A stretch of DNA of 64,000 bases from an uncultured Gemmatimonadaceae bacterium (GTDB taxonomy: Bacteria; Gemmatimonadota; Gemmatimonadetes; Gemmatimonadales; Gemmatimonadaceae). The notes under the pieces are model-generated. The model was given only the letters and a program-made list of their open reading frames with translations. It made no database searches and was not told where the DNA came from. This document shows positions 56,451-64,000 of the stretch, one piece after another. Numbering within the stretch: the first letter of the stretch is position 1; each line of letters starts with the position of its first letter. The position numbers were made by a program, and so were the translations under genes. The stretch lies in NCBI GenBank assembly GCA_963829055.1, contig CAWHHI010000016.1, positions 736,001-800,000 of the forward strand. Direction: 5' to 3'.

Positions 56451-57656
56451 GCAGGCGCGGAGCGCCTCCGCGCCGCCTTCCAGTCGTGCCCGGAACCGCG
56501 CACCACGCGGAATGGTCGGATCCACGGCGACCGTCAGATAGTCCTCCGTCAGCCCCTCGCGCTGCGCCCCGCTCCCGATCGCGACCACGTCGCACTCCTG
56601 CCCTGCCCTCTCGGCGCGATGCCGCTCCACACACGCGTCGCCGATTGCGCGTAGTTCTCTGGCACGTCGATCAGCCACCACCCCATCCACGCGCGATGGC
56701 AGACGTTCCGCGGACGTTCCCGGACGAAGCGAGAACGGAAACACGTGCAGGTACGTGAACGGCAGAGACTCGATCAGCGCGACAGTCGCTGCGTGATCGG
56801 CATCCGTCTCGCCTGGAAAGCCCACGATCACGTCCGCGCCGAGCGCGAATGGTGCATAACGCGAGACCATCCGTTCCACCGCACCGGCGTAGGTCGCCGC
56901 CGTGTACCAGTGGCGACCCATGCGCTTGAGGAGCACGTCCGACCCCGACTGCAGCGGCGCATGCAGGTGAGGCACGAGTCGCGTGCGGTCGGCGAACAGA
57001 TCGAAGAGCCGATCATCGACCTCCGTCGCCTCGAGTGAGCTCAGACGGAAGCGCACCCGCGGCACGGCGAGCACGAGTCGCTCGACGAGCGCCGAGAGAG
57101 ACTCGCCAGTGTCGACGCCGAAGTGGCCAATGTGGATGCCGGTCAGCACGATCTCCGGATGCCGATCGGCGAGGCGCGACGCTTCGTCCACCAGCGCGTC
57201 GACGTCACGCGACCGCGCGGCGCCGCGCGCGAGCGTCGTGGCGCAGAACGTACAATGCTCGTCGCAACCGTCCTGGATGCGCAGGAGCGCGCGCGTGCCC
57301 GTCTGCACGTTAGGCGCACGCTCCGGAGCCCGGAACCCAAGCGCCGCCGCAACGGCGACGACGTCCGCACCAGGAACGACGCGATCGACGGACGGTAGCG
57401 ATGCAATCGCCCCGTCATCGCGAGCAGCCGCGCAGCCCATGACGACCGTCTGTAGATCCGGGCGCACGCGGGCCGCGCGGCGAACGCTCTGCCGCAGGTC
57501 TGCCTCCGCGGCGGCAGTAACGGCGCAGCTGTTGAACACGGCAGCGTCGGCGAGATCCGGTGTCGCGACGATCTCGCCGCCGGACGCCTCGATCATCGCC
57601 CGCACCGCCTCCGTATCGTACTGATTCGCTCGGCACCCGAACGTTCGGAGGTACAC
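56343..57656 (-). CDS. mtaB: tRNA t6A37 methylthiotransferase (MtaB-like)
   Basis: YLRTFGCRANQYD, NSCAVT, RIQDGCDEHCTFC, RLSSLE, YLHVFPFSLRPGT. Confidence 0.85.
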   Translation of the reverse strand: MYLRTFGCRANQYDTEAVRAMIEASGGEIVATPDLADAAVFNSCAVTAAAEADLRQSVRRAARVRPDLQTVVMGCAAARDDGAIASLPSVDRVVPGADVVAVAAALGFRAPERAPNVQTGTRALLRIQDGCDEHCTFCATTLARGAARSRDVDALVDEASRLADRHPEIVLTGIHIGHFGVDTGESLSALVERLVLAVPRVRFRLSSLEATEVDDRLFDLFADRTRLVPHLHAPLQSGSDVLLKRMGRHWYTAATYAGAVERMVSRYAPFALGADVIVGFPGETDADHAATVALIESLPFTYLHVFPFSLRPGTSAERLPSRVDGVVADRRARELRAIGDACVERHRAERAGQECDVVAIGSGAQREGLTEDYLTVAVDPTIPRGARFRARLEGGAEALRACVIPSDAAAVIPSGSGRISSVCDGSSEPRSWPGSDA

Positions 57657-57719
57657 CCTTCGTCGCGAGCGCTGCTCAGGGCAGGCGCTGGCCGCGTGCG
57701 GCTCGTCAGGCGGGCGCGG

Positions 57720-58919
57720 TCACGACGCAACGCCCGCTCCCGCGCTGGCCCGTGCCACTGGCGCGGAGGGCGGCCGAACCGGGAGGAGGATGTGGAACGC
57801 GCTGCCCGCGCCTTCGGTGCTCTGCACCCAGATGCGTCCGCCGTGCGCTTCGACCACGAGGCGGCAGAACGCGAGGCCGAGCCCGGAGCTGCGAACGCGC
57901 GGGACGTTAGGCGTCTTCACACTCTCGAACTTGTGGAAGATGACCTCGTGATACTGCGGCGGGATTCCCGGTCCATTGTCCGCGACGGTGAACAGCACGC
58001 CGCGCGGATCGATGCGCGCGAACATCCGCAACTCGACGGCGGTCGACGAGTGCACGAGCGAGTTCTGAATCAGATTGCCGAACACACGCTTGAGGAGCGC
58101 GCGATCCGCCATGAACGTCGGAGCGTCGGCCGTAACTTCGATCTTGGTGACGGCGCGCTCCTGCTGCAGGCGAAGCGCCCAATCCTGCATGATCTCGGTC
58201 ACGAGTGTGGCGGGCGCCAACGGCTCGAGATCGAGCGCGATCGATGTCTCCTCGATGCGCGCGACCTCGAGCAGATCCTCGATGAGGTGCAGCAGTTCCT
58301 GCGCCTTGTTCTCCGTATCGCGAAGCGCGCCGTGCTGCGACACGCCGACGGGACCGAGATCGCCGTCGGCCAGCATCTCGAGCGTGGCGATGATGGACGT
58401 GAGCGGCGTCTTGAGGTCGTGGACGATCATCTTCATGAGATCGTCGCGCACCTTCTCCAACTCGCGCAGCTTGCGGTAGCTGTCCTCGAGCGCGTCGGTC
58501 GCCGCCTTGAGCTTGAGCAGGCTCCGCACGCGCGCGCCGAGCACCATGCGGTTGTGCGGCTTCGTGAGGAAGTCGTCGCCGCCGGCCTCGATCGCCTTCA
58601 CGCGATCCGTCGTGTCGTTGAGGGCGGTGACAAAGATGACGGGGATACGCGCCGACCGGGCATCACGCTTGATTCGGCGGCAGACCTCGAACCCCGTCGC
58701 TCGATCATCGACGCCCAGATCACCGGCAGGCATGGACACGTCGAGAATCGCGAGCTCCGGGCGATGCTCGAAACAGGCAGCGAGGGCGGACGGACCGTCC
58801 TGCGCCGTCACGGTCCGGTACCCGAGCGTGTGCAGCTGATCGATCAACAACTCGACGTTCGCCGGAACGTCGTCGGCTATGAGAATGAGCGGCGCGTCGG
58901 GGCGGACTGGCTGCGTCAT
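57720..58919 (-). CDS. Hybrid response regulator/histidine kinase (REC-HisKA-HATPase)
   Basis: LILIADD, ILDVSMP, DFLTKP, VHDLKTPL, DNGPG, GLGLAFCRLVVEAHGG. Confidence 0.92.
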   Translation of the reverse strand: MTQPVRPDAPLILIADDVPANVELLIDQLHTLGYRTVTAQDGPSALAACFEHRPELAILDVSMPAGDLGVDDRATGFEVCRRIKRDARSARIPVIFVTALNDTTDRVKAIEAGGDDFLTKPHNRMVLGARVRSLLKLKAATDALEDSYRKLRELEKVRDDLMKMIVHDLKTPLTSIIATLEMLADGDLGPVGVSQHGALRDTENKAQELLHLIEDLLEVARIEETSIALDLEPLAPATLVTEIMQDWALRLQQERAVTKIEVTADAPTFMADRALLKRVFGNLIQNSLVHSSTAVELRMFARIDPRGVLFTVADNGPGIPPQYHEVIFHKFESVKTPNVPRVRSSGLGLAFCRLVVEAHGGRIWVQSTEGAGSAFHILLPVRPPSAPVARASAGAGVAS

Positions 58920-58923
58920 GGGC

Positions 58924-60066
58924 TCAGGGCCGGACGATCAACCCCAGACCGAACGTCCACGAACGTTCCTTGGCGTCAATGCTCCCCGCGGTGCGATACG
59001 CCCGTTCGACGTAGAGGTCGATCGATGCGCGCCCGCGTGCGAGTGGCGCGCCGGTGCCGAACGTGAACGCGGCCTCCTCCACGCTCTGCGTGCCAGCGAG
59101 AAACGGCAACTCGCGATAACGCGCGCCCGCGCGGAGCGCGAGCTGCGCCCCAATGAGGTTAGGTCCGACCGCGTCGACCCCAAGACCGAAATCCCACGTG
59201 TCCTGAGGGGTCGCACGCTCGGAGCCCAGCCCTGCCATGCGCGACCAGATCGTGCGATCGCTGCGGAATGCGACCACGATACCAGAATTCTCGTACCGGA
59301 CGCCGGCACCCAGGCGCGACGGAGCATCCGCAGTGGTCCGTACAGTATCGGACTCTCGCAGCTTGAGCGTGCCGCCATAGCGCCCAGAGGCACCGAGGGT
59401 GATGGTTTTGACCGGCCGCCACATTATTCCCGCCGACACGCCAGCTCCCGAATAGTTGACGTTGATCGAGTCACGGAACGGCGCGAAGCTGAGCGAATCG
59501 TCGTATTCGCGTGACAGTGACAGCCGGTTCTCGCCCGGGAACACGTGAATCCCCAGGCCGAAAATGATGTTCTCGCGGAACGCCCACGCGCCCCCGACGC
59601 GCACATCGTTGATCGCTCCCTCGGAGCGGAACCGCTCCGTGAAGGCCACGGAATCGCCGTCGAACACCTGCTTGGCGCGCGTTTCTGTTCCCCATGTGCG
59701 ATCGAGCATCGTGGAGAACGATATGCTGAGAACGCCCCGCTCCGTGATGGGCACGGCGGCGGAAAAAAGAGGGAATCGATTGGACCGTGTCGAGCCAGAG
59801 CTACCTTCCGTTTCGATCGAGCGACTCTCCTGCTCGCTCTGCAGATACATGCCGCCGCGACGCAACGTGATGAGCGCGGCCGGGTTGATCGGCGAGAGCG
59901 GATCTGTCTCCCCGGTCGCCCCACCAAGGGAACGCGAATACGCGCTCAACTGGCCCGGCGGATACCCGAACCCTTGCGCGCCAAGCGTCGCCTGCGCGGC
60001 CGCGCGCGATGCGACGAGGGCCAACGCACAACCGATGGCGTAGCGAGTCACTGCGGTCTGACGCAT
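58924..60066 (-). CDS. Putative outer-membrane beta-barrel (FadL/OmpP1-like)
   Basis: Signal peptide, GFGYP...RSLGG...SPINPAA plug-like segment, alternating strands, C-terminal WTFGLGLIVRP. Confidence 0.7.
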   Translation of the reverse strand: MRQTAVTRYAIGCALALVASRAAAQATLGAQGFGYPPGQLSAYSRSLGGATGETDPLSPINPAALITLRRGGMYLQSEQESRSIETEGSSGSTRSNRFPLFSAAVPITERGVLSISFSTMLDRTWGTETRAKQVFDGDSVAFTERFRSEGAINDVRVGGAWAFRENIIFGLGIHVFPGENRLSLSREYDDSLSFAPFRDSINVNYSGAGVSAGIMWRPVKTITLGASGRYGGTLKLRESDTVRTTADAPSRLGAGVRYENSGIVVAFRSDRTIWSRMAGLGSERATPQDTWDFGLGVDAVGPNLIGAQLALRAGARYRELPFLAGTQSVEEAAFTFGTGAPLARGRASIDLYVERAYRTAGSIDAKERSWTFGLGLIVRP

Positions 60067-61335
60067 CACGGAATTCCGAGCTCAACCTTGTTCACGTACG
60101 TGATTCGGAGCCGCGGCCGCTGCGCTGGCGCAGCCTTGCTCGAATAGAACAGCACCACGGGCGCCGACGCACCTTCGGTCGCCGCACGCAACACGATGGC
60201 GCGCTGTAGCGACGACGCGCCGATCGCTTTCCACTCGCGCAACGCACCGACGATCTCGATGGCGCGCTGCCCGCTCTCGTTAGGCCGGAACCGCAAGCGA
60301 GTCGATCTCGAGCGCCGGTGGATTCAGAATGCCGGCCGACTTGACGACATCGGCGAGCGAAACCGCCGCGCGCACCACCTGCGGATAGATCGTCAACGAA
60401 TCGGCTGCGTCCACTGAATTCGTAGGCACCTGCGTCAACAACAACGTCGCCCGCACCACCGTGGCCGAGGAGTCGACGAGGCGAGAGGGGACGTCGAACC
60501 GCAGATAGGTTCGCTGCGACGGCAAGCCTCCGACACCAAGCAAGTTGCCGGCAACGGTCGAGGGACTGAAGGCGACGAGCTGATAGTCGGTGAGATCGCT
60601 CCGCAACGTTGGGTTGTCCGTGGGCGTCGACGACGACGGACTGTTGATGATGGCTTTTACCGTCGTGTCGGGTGATGCGTCGTAGCTCAGTGTCGGCGCG
60701 CCACCGCCATCGCGGGAGACGATCCGGATCTGCGCTGATGCCGCGCTCTGCACGCGGAACCCAAGCCGGAGCCGCCGAGGCGCCGTCCCGGTGAGCTTGC
60801 CCAGCACCTTGTCGTTGAAGAGCGGGACGCGCAGCGTGTCCTTCAACTCGGTAACGGCGTACGTCCTGCCGCCAATCAACCGATCGGGACGGAACAGCGA
60901 GAGCGCCACAGAGGTCGCTGTATCGGCGGCCGTCGTGTCGACGTCGTACACCTGGAGGCTCACGGGCGCGGTGGCCTTGGTGCCGGTGGTGTCCAGCCTC
61001 AGCGTCACCATCGAGCTGTCGACCGTGTAGATCGCGCTGTCAGCCCCACCGCGCGTGAATCGCTGCGTGAGCGTATCGAACCGCATCACCGCTCGCGTGT
61101 CGAGCGTGTCGCCACGAGACGCAACGAGGAGGAACGTCTCCGTACCGATCACGGGATAGCCGAGCACCGTGGTGTCGACCGCCATGAACGTCTCGAGCAC
61201 CGTGTCGCGCGAAACGATGTTCTGCTCGGGGCAAAGCGACGGGCACCCCGCCGTACTGTTCAGATCTTCCGAACACGCGGCGACGGTTCCCGCCACGCCG
61301 GCAACCAACACCATCAACCAGAACCGATTACGCAA
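60066..61335 (-). CDS. Lipoprotein (possibly DUF4270-like); frameshift near 60296
   Basis: Lipobox GTVAAC, beta-rich body, RTYLRFDVP, C-terminal FYSS...RPRLRITY. Confidence 0.65.
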
Positions 61336-61615
61336 GACGTACACTCCGTCCTTCAATGTCGAAACTGTCAACGATTGCCATGATGACGGCGTCGACCGGC
61401 CGGTCCTTCGTGGCCGCGGTCAGTCGTGCCGAGCTTCCGGTGGCATAGAGGATCACTTCACCTAGTCCTGAACCAACACTATCCACAGCGACTACGTACC
61501 CACCCTCACGACCCAGATCGGTGGTCAGGTTCTCCACGATCAACAGCTTGAGCGAGTCGAGCGACGGATCCTTCCGCGTCGAGACGACGGTCCCCACAAT
61601 GCGTCCGAGCTTCAT
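61328..61615 (-). CDS. EutN/CcmL microcompartment vertex (BMC-P) protein
   Basis: MKLGRIVGTVVSTRKD...KLLIV...VAVDSVGSGLGEVIL..TGSSAR...PVDAVIMAIVD; ATGA-coupled to cdd. Confidence 0.92.
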   Translation of the reverse strand: MKLGRIVGTVVSTRKDPSLDSLKLLIVENLTTDLGREGGYVVAVDSVGSGLGEVILYATGSSARLTAATKDRPVDAVIMAIVDSFDIEGRSVRLA

Positions 61616-62040
61616 TGGTGATGCGTCAGCGCGGCGGGTGTGAACGGCTGCGGAAGCAACGTCGCGAGCGTCCACTCCGCCTCGCCGCCGTGCTGCGTGC
61701 AACTCACGATCGACAACGCGGGGGCGAATTCGACCAGCGCCTGACGACACATTCCGCATGGCGGCGTCGGCTCGTCCGCCTCGCTCGCGATCACGAGCAT
61801 GGCGAACTGCGTCACGCCACCCGCGACCGCGGCGGCCAGGGCCGAACGCTCGGCGCAAATCCCCGCGGGGTAGGCCGAGTTTTCGACGTTGCACCCTGTG
61901 AACATGCGGCCGTCCACGCCGACGAGCGCCGCGCCAACACGGAACTGCGAATAGGGCGCGTAGGCGCGCTGCATCACGCTGAGCGCTGCCGCCCGTGCCG
62001 TATCGATCGAAGGCGCGCCCGCCCCAGCGGGGCGCGTCAT
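61612..62040 (-). CDS. cdd: Cytidine deaminase
   Basis: AYAPYSQFRVGAAL, GCNVENSAY..ICAERSA, PCGMCRQ. Confidence 0.95.
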   Translation of the reverse strand: MTRPAGAGAPSIDTARAAALSVMQRAYAPYSQFRVGAALVGVDGRMFTGCNVENSAYPAGICAERSALAAAVAGGVTQFAMLVIASEADEPTPPCGMCRQALVEFAPALSIVSCTQHGGEAEWTLATLLPQPFTPAALTHHQ

Positions 62041-63220
62041 TGCGCTACGATTTCCGAGAGGAACGACTGACCGCGCCCGCGAAACCCAATGCCGAACCAG
62101 TCAGCGACCGTCGCGCCGAGATCGGAGAATGTGGACCGAGTGCCCAGATCGACGGCGCGTACGCGCGGCCCCGCTACGAGCAGTGGAACGCACTCACGCG
62201 CGTGATCCGTTGAAGGCGTCGTGGGGTCGTTGCCGTGGTCGGCCGTGATGAAGAGCAGATCGTCCTCGCGCAGCGTGGAAAGGATGGTTGGCAGAGCCCG
62301 GTCGAACTCGCGCAGCGCTCCATAGAACCCCACAGCGTCGTTTCGGTGCCCGAAGAGCTGGTCGAAATCTACTAGGTTGACGAAGAGGAGCCCACTGGCT
62401 GGCGAGCGCAGCCACTCCAGCACCTTGGCGATGCCTTCTCCGTTGGTCGGAGTGTGCGTGGACGTGATGCCTCGGCGCGCGAAAAGGTCGTCGACCTTCC
62501 CGACGCCCGACCGGGCCACTCCAGCCTGTGCCAGAGCGTCGAGGAGAGTTTCCCCTGGCGGCTCGATGGACACGTCGCGCCGATGCGCGGAGACGCGATT
62601 GAACCGCCCGGGCTCCCCCTCGAACGGCCGCGCGATGACGCGGGACACGTTGTGCGGCTCAACCAGCAGCATCCGCGCAGCATCACACGCCGCATAGAGC
62701 TCGGCCAGGGGAACCACCTGCTCGTGGGCCGCGACCTGGAAGACCGAGTCGGCCGACGTGTACACGATCCACGCGCCGGTGCGCATGTGCTCAGCGCCGA
62801 AGTCGTCGATGACAGCGGTCCCACTCGCGACGACGTTGCCGATCACCGGCCGACCGGTCGCCCGCGCGAACGCGTCGATGACGTCGGTCGGAAAGCCGTT
62901 CGGGTAGGTCGGAAATGGCTGCGGGAGGTGAAGCCCTGCGATCTCCCAGTGTCCTGTCGTGCTGTCCTTGCCCGCTGAACGCGGCTGCATGATGCCCCAC
63001 GCACCATCAACAGGTCGTGACGCGCTCACGCCATCGATCGCACTGATGCGTCCGAGTCCCAGAGCCTCGAGTGCGGGCAGGTCGAAGCCGCCCACGGCGC
63101 GCGCGGTGTTCGCGAGCGTGTCGCTGCCGACGTCACCGTACGCGGCGGCGTCCGGCGCGGCGCCGGCTCCCACGCCATCCAGTACGATGATCGCCGCGCG
63201 ACGAGCGGACAGGCGCTCAC
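62037..63220 (-). CDS. deoB: Phosphopentomutase; start obscured by a probable frameshift
   Basis: IIVLDGVGAGAAPDA, AGKDSTTGHWE, YTSADSVFQVAAHE, RVIARPF, NLVDFDQLFGHRND, TADHGNDPT..TDHARE. Confidence 0.95.
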
Positions 63221-64000
63221 GTCATCCACGTACACGCGCGGCACGCGCAGCTTGAGCCCGACGAGCAGCTCGTAGCTCAGGAGGTCGGCGGTTCGCGCGA
63301 CGTCTTCGACCGTGAGCAGCGCGTCGCCATCGCGACCGATGAGCGTTGCGACGTCACCAACCTCGCAGGCAATGTCGGTCACGTCGATCATCACCATGTC
63401 CATCGTGACGATCCCGGCGACGGGTGCGCGCTGTCCACGAATCAACACCACCCCGCGGTTGCTCGACGCGCGGCGATACCCGTCGGCGTAGCCGATACCC
63501 AGCGTCGCCACCCGCCGTGTTCCGCGAGCGCGCCAGGTTGCGCCGTAGCTCACCGACTCGCCGTCGTCGACCGTCCGCATATCCACGATTCGCGCCCGCA
63601 GATGAGCCACCGGTTCTGGCGTCACCAGCGCGCCTTCACCGCTACCCACGCCGTACAGGAACACACCCGGCCGAACGAGGTCCCAGTGAGACTGTGAGCC
63701 GCGCTCGAGCGCCGGACTGTTCTCGGCGTGCACGTACTGTGGTCGCGCGGGCAACACATCGAGCGCAGTCTGGAAACGCCGAAGCTGCTCTGCCACGGAG
63801 CCGTCGTCGAGATCCGCGGAGTGAAAATGGGTGTACACGCCCTCGGGCGGTGCCGAGCGTAGCGCTTCGCGCAGATCTCCGACGCACTGCCATGGCCCGC
63901 CGGCGCGATTCATACCGGTGTCGATGGACAGATGCCACGGGAGAACGCCGTGCGACGCCCATCGAGCGATCGCCGCGGCGTCGCCCAGCGATGGTCGCAA
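63218..64000 (-). CDS. alr: Alanine racemase (partial; 5' end outside the window)
   Basis: HLSIDTGMNR, YTHFHSAD, HAENS, VRPGVFLYG, VSYGATW, GYADGY, GIVTMDM, SYELL..RVPRVY. Confidence 0.95.

Overview
High-GC bacterial chromosomal window. Gene content and order suggest Gemmatimonadota (inference, not a database result). Many genes, including essential ones, carry 1-bp frameshifts, most likely from an unpolished assembly, so split ORFs were rejoined by hand and some ends are approximate. Positions ~1-12.3 kb form an accessory region downstream of two tRNA-Ser genes. It holds duplicated tRNA 3'-end/arm repeats, truncated gene remnants, a deaminase-like amidohydrolase next to a UDG-superfamily gene, a domain-permuted multicopper oxidase and a two-component pair. 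Positions 12.7-64 kb are core genome, almost all on the minus strand: tadA, clpB, an Mla/Pqi ABC system, selB, recO, a cobalamin riboswitch with btuFCDB, metK, a Man-family PTS with hprK/ptsH/ptsI, rib genes with nusB, purM, argS, methylmalonyl-CoA mutase, fbp, comEC/comFB, miaB/mtaB, an orphan eutN/ccmL, cdd, deoB and alr. The most striking unexplained signal is the octamer CGTTAGGC/GCCTAACG. I counted 40 exact copies by eye (~1 per 1.6 kb, both orientations, mostly inside genes, in several reading frames, forcing rare codons). It behaves like a DNA uptake sequence or HIP1-type genome-wide motif.
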